Below are positions 35,281-46,480 of a stretch of 64,000 nt of DNA, in pieces. A program made the translations under genes and the position numbers. The first letter of the stretch is position 1; the number at the start of each line of letters is the position of its first letter. The notes below the pieces were generated by a model, which searched no databases, was not told the DNA's origin, and saw only the letters and a program-made list of their open reading frames with translations. The stretch covers positions 90,687,353 through 90,751,352 of the forward strand of contig NC_057718.1 of assembly GCF_004010195.1 (NCBI RefSeq). Reading direction: 5' to 3'. The stretch comes from Chiloscyllium plagiosum (lineage: Eukaryota).

Positions 35281-36004
35281 CAAATGACAGCAAAGCTAAT
35301 TGTCTTTTTTGGTGATAGATTTTCTGTCTTCTGAGGTCAGTTATTCATTTGGGTGCCACAAATATTAGTTGACCTTTTGATAACTCATCCAATTGGTAAC
35401 TCTAAAGTGAAACTTGAGTCAGTGATGAGACAGTACTCCCAATGGCAAGAACACGTACCTGTGCAGTGCCTTTTAATGAAGATAAACTAGCCACAAGAGG
35501 GAACCATCCACAACATGTCCAGAGGAATGGGGAGAGGTACAGATCGCACATCTGCAGACTCTGGAAAAGAGTCGTGCTTTCGGAAAAGTCTTCAAGGTGG
35601 AAGGAGATTTGGAGGAGCAGATGGGAACTCCAGAGATGATTCTCCATCAATGATGAGCTGATGGTTTGGGGATGGCGGTGGAGAGATGGTGAAGAGAAGG
35701 CCCAAGTTACTACAAGATGGAAGTAGCGAAAGAAGCATTGACGAGAATCTGAATGCAAAGAGGAAGATTTAAAATTTATTACGTTGGGTGTCCAACCACC
35801 AGTTGCAATCTGTGAGGGGTTAAGCAACTGGACTGAGGTGTGGGGCAGCTGTATTTAGCAGATATTTTCCTAATCAGTCTGCTCAGAGGTATGCTGACAG
35901 CAAATGATCTGACCCAGTCAGGATACTGAACGTACTCACAGTTAGCACTGATGTGGTTCGACTTCCCACTCTTTCTAAAATGCAAGGAAGTGATTTCAGG
36001 GGCA

Positions 36005-36412
36005 TCTGAACTGGAGGAAGAACGCCTCATCTTCCACCTCAGGAGGTTACAACCCAGTGGCTTTAACGTAGAATTCACCAGCTTCCAAATCCCCCCCACC
36101 CTGCAACCTCATCCCAGGTCCATACCTCCCTCTCCACCCCGCCCTCTTGACCCGATCTAACCTGTCCATCTTCCTTCCCACCCATCTGCTCCACCCTACC
36201 CACTGACCTAAAATCACCTCCAACCTGCATCCACCGATTGCCATTCTACGTACCTTTCCCCAGCACCCCGATTTTTTTCTCAGCCCCCTTCCTCCTCACC
36301 TGTCCCGATGAAAGCTCCCTGACTCTGATACTGCTCGACGTGTTGTGCTTTGTCCAGCTCCGCACTTTACTGCCTCTTAACTTGCCAGCATCTGCAGTCC
36401 CCAGTATCTCCA
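36005..36412 (+). mobile_element. PLE 3' fragment
   Basis: LEEERLIFHLRRLQPSGFNVEF, C-rich UTR, ccagcatctgcagtc terminus. Confidence 0.8.
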
Positions 36413-37534
36413 AGCATCTGAGTGTTGCCCTGTTAGCCTTGTCATTAATCCCAGGCTGGATTCTTGGCAAATGGGGCCTATGAACTAGGCCAAACTGTGC
36501 ATAGAATAGGAATGATCAATCTGCCACACATTTTAGCATTTAATTTCTCTCTCTCTCTCTCGCAACAATCCCCTGGACTTGATGCTGATTGTGGCTGCTT
36601 TTCATCAATTTACACTTCACAATTTACCTTTCCACCCGACAGAGGAGCCTTTGTGCCTCACTGTACTTATGACGCAAAATAATTAAACTGTGATGCTTGG
36701 TGCCTTCCATTTGAAACTGTTTCATCACAATCAGGCATGACATTAAAAAATTAAGGCTTATTGTCTATAGCTGCAGGAAGCCCATCTGTATGTATTCCAG
36801 CGAATGTGATGATTGCTGATTTTTGGCTCATGTTTAAGTGGAAGATAATTACGTATTGTTGAAGCACTCTTGTGCAGTCAGCGTTTGGATATTCCCAGCT
36901 CGGATTTAACCTAGTCCATGTGTAAAGCAAAGCGTCTCCAGCTGTGCACACCGCTTCCAAGTCCTGAAGAGCACCCTTCACAATAGGGGTTTCTAAACAT
37001 CTGTGGCTAGATATCTTAACCCTCCTCTCCCCCAGACGTGGCCTGGAGTGGACAAAATTTTGCCCGTTGATTTTCCCAGTCCCATATCCCCATATCACCG
37101 CCACCCCACCTCCACAACCCCCAGGCCCGATTCTCCTAGGTAGCTTGAGTTCATGTGGGCTAGGATTGGCAGCACCAACCTGTCTGTAGCTAGCCACCCA
37201 GCTAAGGTGAAGTCCCACTATCGAAGCCTGACAGGAACTCCATGATCCTGAAGCAGGCAAGGGACGGTTTGGCCAAGTGGAAGTGGCCTCACGGTGTGGA
37301 GGGGTGGGGACAGACTGAGGGGCCCAGCACCCCCAGGAAGTACAGGAGACCAGTTTTGCTCACCCGAGTGAGGCAGCAGCTGTAGCCAACCTGCAGAGGG
37401 GCATAATTCCCCCTCGATTAGGTGCTAAAGGCTACTTCTTAAATTAAAAGTTTTGAAAAATGCTGGTGGTGGAGATGTTCGCCTCCATTTTGAAACATTC
37501 TCTCCGTTCCTTACTCTTGGAAACAGCTGTCTTT

Positions 37535-37845
37535 TTTTTATTCATTCATGGAATGAGGGCCTTACTTGCTAGGCCATGATTTGTTGCCCATCCCCAGTTG
37601 CCTAAAGGGCAGTTAAGAATCAACCACATTGTTGTGGGTCTGGAGTCACATGTAGGCCAAACCAATGAGGATGGCATTTTCCTTCAGTAAAGGACATTAG
37701 TGAACCAGATGGGCTTTCCCTTCTCAGTCAATTCACGGTCATCATTAGACACTCAGTTCCAGATAGTTTTTGTTTTGAATTTGCCATGGTGCAATTCGAA
37801 CCCAGGTCCTCGGAACATTACCTGGCACTCTGGATTGAGAGTCCA
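37535..37845 (-). mobile_element. SINE family B
   Basis: gtgggtctggagtcacatgtaggcc, ggacattagtgaaccagatgg. Confidence 0.85.
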
Positions 37846-38074
37846 CTGAGCAACAGCGAGTCCAATGTCTGGCCACTCATTCAGGGAAGATCATGGGTGA
37901 GGGACTGTCGCAGTGCGGCCTACTCACCCACAGTTGAGCCTAAAGCAGCAGGCTCTAAATGTCTGCCCAGTCTTTGGTCTCTGAAGGTCAATCTAGTTGT
38001 TGGGAGATGACCGTAGTGGTTTTGCCCTCATGTACAAAGCTTCTTTGCTAAGGTCTCAGATAACAAAAGCAGCC

Positions 38075-38425
38075 AGGTGCTAGTGGCCTAATACTATTGC
38101 TAGATTACTAATCCATGGACCCAGTAATGGAACTGGATTCAAATCTTGCCACGGTACAGGGTGGAATTTGAATTCAATTAAAAAAAAACAGTCTGGAATT
38201 TAGAGTCTAATGATGACCATGAAACCTCTGCCAACCATCAGAAAAATCCATTTGGTTCACTAATGCCCTTCAGGGAAGGAAACTGCCATCTTTACCTGGT
38301 CAGGCCTACATGTCACTCCAGATCCACAGCAATGTGAGTGACTCTTCACTGCCCTCTGGACAAGTAGAGATGGGCAATAAATTCCTATCTAGCCAGTTAC
38401 ACCCACATTCTTGTGAATGGAAGAA
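38075..38425 (+). mobile_element. SINE family B
   Basis: tRNA-like head, ggttcactaatgcccttcagggaaggaaactgccatc, gatgggcaataaa. Confidence 0.85.
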
Positions 38426-38774
38426 AATGTAATCCGAGGGGGATCTACGTTTTTAAAGAATGACCTTGCTGGCTTCCAACAATGCGGAACAGTCAGAGTC
38501 ATCTGCAAGAACAGAATGGAGATGCCCGGTCCCCACTCCACCTTAGCTGCCCTCGTCCTCCCATCCCACCTAGGCCCGGAGCAATTAGAGAACTGATTCA
38601 AGTCCCGAATGCCAATCCTGACAAATATCAAATTTATCCTTCTGAGAGATGTGGAATACAAGAGGAACGTTTGTCAAAGCTCCAAATCCATCAATTGCAA
38701 ACAAGATGGACATCAACTAAATAAATAAAAATCAAAGTGTGAGCAGAACTGATTCACCAAGACTTCAGGGTCTT

Positions 38775-39920
38775 GGCATTTTTCTCGTCCTCCCTGTACC
38801 ACACTTCTTTTTCCTCAGGATGAATCTCTGCTGTGTCTCCTGGATTACTCCCGGAAACCCCTGCCATTGCTATTCCACTGTGTTTCCGGCTCAGCTCCTC
38901 TCCCAGTCAATTCTACACAGCTCCTCCCTCATGCCTCTGTAGTTGCCTTTATACATTAACCATCTAGATGAAGGAACTGGTGGCATTCTGGCTAAGTTTG
39001 CAGATGATAAAATGATAGGTGGAGCGACAGGTAGCATTGAGGAGGCAGGGAGGCTGCAGAAGGATTTGGACAGATTAGGAGATTGGACAAAGAAATGGCA
39101 GATGAAATACAATGTAGGAAAATATGAGGTCATGCACTCTGGTAGGAAGAATAGAGGCATGGACTATTTTCTAAATGGGGACAAAATTCAGAAATCTGAA
39201 CTGCAAAGAGACTTGGGAGCTCTAGTCCAGGATTCACTCAAGGTAAACTTACAGGTTGGGTCAGTAATTAGGAAGGCAAGAGCAGTCATGGCATTTATTT
39301 CAAGAGGACTTGAATATAAAAGTGGGGATGTACTTCTGAGGCTATAAGGCTCTGGTCAGACCACATTTGAGTAATGTGTGCAGTTTAGGGCCCATTTATC
39401 TCAGGAAGGATGTACTGATCATGGAGCGTGTTTAGAGGAGGTTCATGAGAATGGTCCCAGGAATGAAAAGCTTAACATCTGAGGAACGTTTGAGGACTCT
39501 GGCTCTATACTCAATGGATTTTAGAAGGATAAGGGGGGGTCAATCTAATTGAAACACAAAGAATACTGAAAGCCCTGGACAGAGTGGATCTTGGGAAGTT
39601 GTTTCCACTGGTAGGAGAGGCTAGAACCTGAGGGCACAGCCTCAGAGTAAAGGGAAGACCTTTTAGAATGGAGATAAGGAGAAACTTCTTCATCCAGAGT
39701 GTGGTAAATCTGTGGAATTCATTGCCACAGAAGGCTGTGGAGGCCAGGCCATTGTGGATACCTAAGACTGAGATAGATAGGTTCATGAGTATCAAGGGGA
39801 TCAAGGGTTATGGGGAGAAAGGGGGAGAATGGGGTTGAGAAACTTATCAGCCATGTTTGAATGACAGAGCAGATTCGATGGACTGAATGGCCTAATGTCT
39901 GCTCCTATGTCTTATGATCT
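38775..39920 (+). mobile_element. CR1 LINE (~1 kb RT C-terminus and tail) with an inverted 5' segment (about 38775-38950)
   Basis: Plus strand LYINHLDEG..AKFADDKMIGG..LQKDLDRL; minus-strand piece KGNYRGMREELCRIDWE from further upstream in ORF2. Confidence 0.88.
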
Positions 39921-40589
39921 AATACGGTCTTTGTCAGAACAAATCTCATTGTGCGTTATTCAAAATGAAACAATTGGCACCTATTGGCAGCCATTCCCTT
40001 TGACCAGGCCCGACAGTGAAGGGACAATGTTGGAACGTCAGGAGAATGAGAATTGATTCCTGTCCTCTGCTCACTAGCAATATTTATGAGAATTGGAGGT
40101 CAGTTGTAAAGCACTCTGAAAGAAGTCAAAGTGGCAAACATTCGAAGAAAAAGTTCACACAGAACTTCAATTTGGAACAAACAAATTAGAATTGGCAGTC
40201 AACTCGCTGTTTGCTGACTTTGGCCACTGAGGTCCAATGCTGGTTTGTAACTGATGCCAAAAATTCCAAACAACCCTTTGGTGGCAAGGGATTGACTCTT
40301 AACAGCATGTTTGTTTTCTGCTTTCACCAGTCTGTTCTCTGGTCGTGAAGAAAGGGAAGAGAGAGAGGCAGTGTGCCAGCCTCCTTGTCCATTAAATCCA
40401 CAATCTGTCCGCCAGAGCACTTTCTCTGTAGTACCAGCCCCGATGAGACTGATTATTCTGCAGAAAGGAACAGCCAGCAGCCTCTGATAGATCCAGACTG
40501 GGTCCATGTGCAATGAGGTCTTCCTCCAGCTATTCAGAGATGTTGCTGGTTTATCAAGGACTGCAGATGTCAAGGCCATTCTGATATTT

Positions 40590-40942
40590 CATAGAATCCT
40601 AGAATCCCGATAGTGCGGAAACAGGTCCTTCAGTCCATCAAGTCCACACCTACTCTCTGAAGAGTAGCCCGCCCAGACCCATTCTCCTATCCTATCGTCC
40701 TATATTTACCCCTGACTAATGCACCTAACCTACACATCGCTGAACACTATGGGCAATTTGGCCTGGCCAATCTACCCTAACCTGCACATCTTTGGATTAT
40801 GGGAAGAAACCAGAGCACGTGGAGGAAACCCACGCAGATACGGGGAGAATGTGCAAACTCCACTCAGGCAGTTGCCCGAGGCGCGAATTGAACCCAAATC
40901 CCTGGCACTGTGAGGCAGCAGTGCTAACCACTGAGCCATACG
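40590..40942 (-). mobile_element. HE1-type SINE
   Basis: Full reverse complement. Confidence 0.9.
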
Positions 40943-41899
40943 TTTGAGAAGGTGGGGGTCCATCTGATGTTGGGCTGAACTCTGAGTGGCATGCAGAAGG
41001 CAGTGAGCCACACTGGAGCATTCCACAGTGGGCGCTGTGTGGGTCAGGACGTCGTTGCGTGCCTTTGAGATATCCAGGAGCAGTTTGCAGCCCTGCCTGT
41101 TAGGAGATGGCACGCGTCGTCGGTAGGTCATGGGGAAAGAGTCGGATGGGCTGGTGGATGGACCAGTAGCTTGCTCCTACACGCTGTCCAATCATTGCAT
41201 GTTGGTTGGCCTGTGTCCTCGGATCTGCAAGTTGTGAAGCTCAAATCGCTCCCCTCAAAAACACTGTTCGTGGACAGGCCTTAGCTGGACACAAGATGCT
41301 GTGCTCTCCATTTAGTTGCCAGTCCTTAGCACAGGTCTGAGCTTTGAAAGGGCAACTCGAAGACAATCTGTGGACAATGTCACCGTCCCAGGGACCAGCA
41401 AGGTTGGATTTAGTCGTGTTAATGTCTTCAGACACAGGACAAAGAAACCTGCCTACCAATTTTTTGTGTTCAAACTAGGCAACAGCATGGAGGAGAACAG
41501 GTGCATTCTCCATGGCAACACCTTGACCCCATCAGGACCAATCAGCACCCTTTCCTTCAGTTGTATGAATTGTTGATATCCCTTTGGAGTTTTGCTATTC
41601 TTGTGTGTGTCCTGATGAAACAAGAATCTCCAACAATACTTAAGTCATACTATAAATTCTGCTAGAGTAAGGGGGTGGGGTAGGTGGGGAAAGAGGAAGG
41701 ATAGTGAATTCAGCATTGTAAAGGCTGGCTTTCGACCAGATATTGATTAATAACAAAATGTCATTGTTACCATCCTCACACAGTGCCCACACAGAGCAAG
41801 CCAGTGTAAAAGAGGAATCTCAGCGTCGGAACTGCGAGAGGCTGAGCATGTTGCTAAGAAGCGAATTGTGATGTTTTACAATGGACCAAGAGAAAGTAA

Positions 41900-42275
41900 A
41901 ACATTCCCTTGTAAAGGATTATCGTGGCTTCAGTCATCCCAAAGGGTTTCACAGCGACTGAAGTACATTTGAAGGGACACTGCTGTTTTGTAGGCAGAAG
42001 CAGCGGCTGACTGAGGGGAAATCTTGTACTAACAATGAGGTGGTTGATCAGATGATTAGTGTCAGTGACATTGGCTGAAGGATAAGTAATGCATTAGGTA
42101 TAAATCTCTGTTCTTCTTTAAAGGAGAAAGCTCTTTTTGCATCTGCAAGGCTTCGGATTTAACAAAGGGGAGGGCACCACTCACTCAAATGTCAGCCCAG
42201 GTCATGCCGTTGAGTCTCTGGAGCGGGAGTCGAGCTCACAGCTGTCTGTCTCGGAGGCAAGAGCGTGACTGACAG
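41900..42275 (-). mobile_element. Old Deu-domain SINE
   Basis: Similar to 5825-6240 and 60085-60470. Confidence 0.5.
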
Positions 42276-43124
42276 GGAATACCAAATTGGCTGGGGGTGG
42301 TCACACCCTCACCACTAGCAAATCGGAGTGAAGCAGCCAGTTGCCATGCTGATGGCAAAGATCAGATGGCCTGGCTGGTTGTGGGAGCTCCCTCTAGCAC
42401 GTCTCATGAATTATTGTGTTCGGCTGTACGTGTCCTCCAGGACTTTGCTGCTTGGAACGAGGTGAAAATTTGAGATTCCCGAGCAGGAGCTGGCATCAGA
42501 AGCAAAGCCTTTGGAGGGACAGGAACATCGACACAAAGAGAAGCTCACAGTGGGGTCAAGGACAGCTGCTGCGAGGGCAAACTAATCAGAGAAATTCTCA
42601 CCACCGATTTTAAAACTGTAACATAACAGGACAAAACTTGGACAAGCCAACGTAGTCTAAGTCCATTGCTCTCGCTGTCACGAAAAGTACTTGATTCCTC
42701 AGCAGAAACAGAATTTGAATTGAACTCCCCTCCCCCTCCCTGAAAGGAAGCGTTGTAACCATCAGCCTCAGATTTCGGGGTCAGAGAAGCCCGGATTTGT
42801 GTTGGCGTTTGGAGGTGTGTGGAAGAGGCAAAGGTCTGGCAGAGTTACAGGGTAATGGGAGGATGGGCACATGGTGCCAGGGTACTGGGAGTCCTTGAAT
42901 GGGTTGGTAATACTGGGAATATGGAACAGCAGCTTGGAACATTAGGAGAGGCATTTGGGATGTGGGAATACCGAGAGGAAATCAAGAGTCAAGAATGCGA
43001 GAAAGAAGGGGGATTGGGAATGTTTCTGGGGTTCTAGAGATGGGGAGCAAAAAGTGGGCCCAAGATTGTTTGAGCACTGCACAGGGCTGAATTTGAAACA
43101 CCAAAAGAGGTGCAAATGGTAAAT

Positions 43125-43670
43125 AGAGTCATAGAGATGTACAGCACAGAAACAGACCCTTCAGTCCAACTCGTCCATGCCGACCAGATATCCTAACCTA
43201 ATCTAGTCCCATTTGCAAACACTTGGCCCATATCCCTCTAAATCCTTCCTATTCATATACCCATCCAGATGCCTTTTAAATGCTGTAATTGTACCAGCCT
43301 CCACCGCTTCCTCTGGCAGCTCATTCCACACACGTACCACCCTGTGCGTGAAAACGTTGCTCCTTAGGTCCTTTTTAAATCTTTCCCCTCTCACCTTAAA
43401 CCTATGCCCTCTAGTTTTGGATGCCCCCCCCCAACCCCAGGGAAAAGACCTTGGCTATTTACTCTATCAATGTCTCTTATAAACCTCTATAAACTTCAAC
43501 CTCTCCCTATAGCTCAACCCCTCCAACCCTGGCAACATCCTTGTGAATCTTTTCTGCACCCTTTCAAGTTTAACAACATCTGTCCTATAATAGGGAGACC
43601 AGAACTGAATGCAGTATTCCAAAAGTGGCTGTACAGCCACAACATGACCTCCCAACTCCTATATTCAATG
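43125..43670 (-). mobile_element. HER1/CR1 3' fragment with internal deletions
   Basis: LLEYCIQFWSPYYRTDVVKLERVQKRFTRMLPG; VWNELPEEAVEAG. Confidence 0.92.
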
Positions 43671-44290
43671 GGAGCAGGATGTCAAAAATCTGTGAAGGAG
43701 TACCTTGGAGTAGCACACTCAATGAAAAGTAGACAACACAAATTGGGAAGCTAACAGGAAAGGCATGATGGGAAGTTGGTGTGTGACACTCACAAACAGT
43801 GAGCTGTACACAGCAAGCCAGGTATAGTGATGCACATATATGATCCACAAAGCATAGCTGTCAAACTTCATCTGTAATTAGAGTTGGCATCCCTAATGGA
43901 ATGGCTGGGTGTCTACAGGAATCAGCATCAACCTCCTGATGGCTATTGAAAGAATCTGGGAAATTTTCAACTGAAGGAAATAAATTATTGCACATTTATC
44001 ATCCATCGGGTAATTACACAACGCTGATCTAATTGTGTACTTGGCAGGATGATGTAAAATGTAAAGCAGTACAGAGCTCATGATTATTGTTCCCTTCCAT
44101 TTAAACTACAGATGAACGCAAGGTATAAAAGGGCTGTACTAGTATTAGCATGCAGTACATTGAAAGTCATACAGATCGATTGAGGCTAGCTTATATTTTT
44201 ATAAATTGAAACTATTCGGAGAATTGGTGAGAATTTATCCAGGAGGCTTTAGTTGGCATGAAGTGGTGGATAGAGGTCCTTTGAGTATTA

Positions 44291-44780
44291 AAGACTGAAA
44301 GAACTGCAGATGCTGTAAATCAGAAACAAAAACAGAAGTTGTTGGAAAATCTCGGCAGGTCTGGCAGCATCTCTGGAGAGAAATCAGAGTGAACATTTCA
44401 GATCCAATAGACAATAGGCAATAGGTGCAGGAGTAGGCCATTCGGCCCTTTGAGCCAGCAACACCATTCATTATGATCATGGCTGATCATCCTCAATCAG
44501 TGTCCTGTTCCTGCCTTATACCCATAACCCTTGATTCCACGATCTTTCAGAGCTCTATCCATCTCTTTCTTGACCTCCACTGCCTTCTGGGGCAGAGCAT
44601 TCCATATATCCACCACTCTCTGGGTGAAGAAGTTTCTCCTCAACTCTGTTCTAAATGGCCTTCCCTAGAATGGAGGTTCAGTTCTGAGGAAGGGTCACCG
44701 ACCCGAAACACCAATTCTGCTTTCTCACCACAGATGTTGCCAGACCTACTGAGCTTTTCCAGCAACTTCTGTTTTTGTTC
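44291..44780. mobile_element. Fold-back PLE-derived insertion with hammerhead motif and a nested CR1 tail (about 44406-44665, minus)
   Basis: Perfect 13-bp TSD cctttgagtatta at 44278-44290 and 44781-44793; aacaaaaacagaagttg pairs with caacttctgtttttgtt. Confidence 0.82.
44680..44716 (+). ncRNA. Hammerhead ribozyme-like core with a perfect stem II
   Basis: agtt-CTGAGGA-a-GGGTC-acc-GACCC-GAAA-cacc-aatt; stem III/cleavage site differs from the cgtt/cgtc seen in sister copies. Confidence 0.55.
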
Positions 44781-44934
44781 CCTTTGAGTATTATCCCATT
44801 TCAAGCTCCCTGAGAACCCAACTACCCCACATCACCAACTTTTTGTGGCATCATTACTGCCAATATCTCCAGCCCAATTTGATAACCCTTTTACTTCATT
44901 TATTAAGGCTATGAAAGGTTTGCTAGCAGGTCCT

Positions 44935-45435
44935 TCTCCAGTTGCTCTTGAGAAAGTGGTAATAAGCTGTCTTCTTCAAACATTACCACCTTTTTGGTGT
45001 AGATAGACCCACAGAGCGACTAGAGGGAGACTTTCAGGATTTTGACCCAGCAATGCTGGTGTGTATCTTGCAGGAGAACTTGCAGGGGATGGTTTTCCCT
45101 TGTTCTGCTGCCCTTGTCCTTCCAGATGGAAGTGGTCATGGGTTTGGAAGCTGTTGCCTGAGGATCTTTGGTGAAGTTCTGCAGTGCATCTTGTAAATGG
45201 TACACACTGCTGCGACTGAGCGTCGGTGGTGGAGGGAGTCGATGTTTGTGGACGTGGTGCCAATCAAGTGGACTGCTTTGTCCTGGATGGTGTCAAGCTT
45301 CTTGAGTGTTGTTGGGGGGCTGCACTCATTCAGGCAAGTGGGAGGGTATTCCATCATATTCCAGACTTGGACAGGCTTTTGGGAGTCAGGAAGTGAGTTA
45401 CTCACCGTAGTATCCCTAGCCTCTGACCTGCTCAA
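44935..45435 (-). mobile_element. LINE family B 3' fragment
   Basis: PTTLKKLDTIQDKAVHLIG, SLHHRRSVAAVCTIYKMHC. Confidence 0.85.
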
Positions 45436-45519
45436 GAATGTGGCCGTGCCATGCCACAGGAACTTGTTGTCTCAGCCAGACTGCTGTTCCTTTGTTTATT
45501 TAGATTTTCAGGAGAAACT

Positions 45520-45900
45520 TGAGAATTGTAATTGTAACAGTGAAAAAGAGGCTGTTCAGCCTATCATGTCTATACGAGCTCTCCGACTGAGTGCTTCTCC
45601 TTGTGCCATTCTCCTGCCTACGCCCCTCAACACTGCATGTTGTTCATTTCAATAACAACGTTCCAAAGGGAATTACACATTGATTGGAGCTGACTCCAGC
45701 ACACTCTTGAGTTGTCCATTCCAGGCCCTAACCACTCATGGCATGAAACTGCTTTGTCTCATATCACCTTTTCTATTCTTTTAGAAATGGCTTTAAGTCC
45801 ATGCTCTCTCACTCTCAGTCCTTTCACAAACGGGAATGGTTTCTCCCAATCTACTTTCTCCGTGCCCCTCGTGATTATGCTCTGGAAACCCAGCTCGGAA
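45520..45900 (-). mobile_element. Degraded CR1-group 3' fragment
   Basis: aaaagaggctgttcagcc tail and aaacgggaatggtttctcccaatctac motifs. Confidence 0.45.
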
Positions 45901-46099
45901 GCTTCCCAGAATGGAAGTAGTGCCTCAGCTTATTTCTCCAAACCTCGCCATCACCCACTTCCCTCTTCATTTGCTCGTTAGAGACTTCCCCAATTTTAGC
46001 TTCAATGAGCAGCGAATAATTTGGCCAGGGAAAAGAATGACGGCCATTTCCATTAGCCTGCTCATGTTTGTTTAAAGAAAACAGGAGTCCACTTCCTGA

Positions 46100-46480
46100 G
46101 ATTTGATTTGATTGATTATTGTCACATGTACCTAGGTACAGTGAAAAGTTTTGTTTTGCAGGCAGATCATAACGTAGGATGATTGAGGAATACAAAGTTA
46201 CGGCTGCAAAGAAGGTTCACAAAAAGTAAGATCGAGAAATTTGAGAGCTCCATTCACAAGTCTAGTAACAGTGGGGAAGAAGCTGTTCTTGAACCTGTTG
46301 GTACATGTGTTTAAGCTTTTGTATCTTCCGCCCGATGGAAGAGGTTGGTAGAGATTACTACCGGGGTGGGAGGGGTCTTTCATGTCAGCTGCCTTCCTGA
46401 GGCAACAAGAGGTGTAGATGGAGTCAATGGATGGAAGGTTGGGTTGCGGGATGGTCTGGGCTATGTTCACAACTGTTTGC
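46100..46480 (-). mobile_element. Rex1/Babar-like LINE 3' fragment
   Basis: LPSIDSIY..KDPSHPG..LPSGGRYKSL..RFKNSFFP; short tandem tail atttgatttgatt. Confidence 0.75.

Noticed and set aside
41040..41110. LLLDISKARNDV as an RT motif (LDISKAFD)
   Set aside because: No other RT motifs follow in frame; likely chance.
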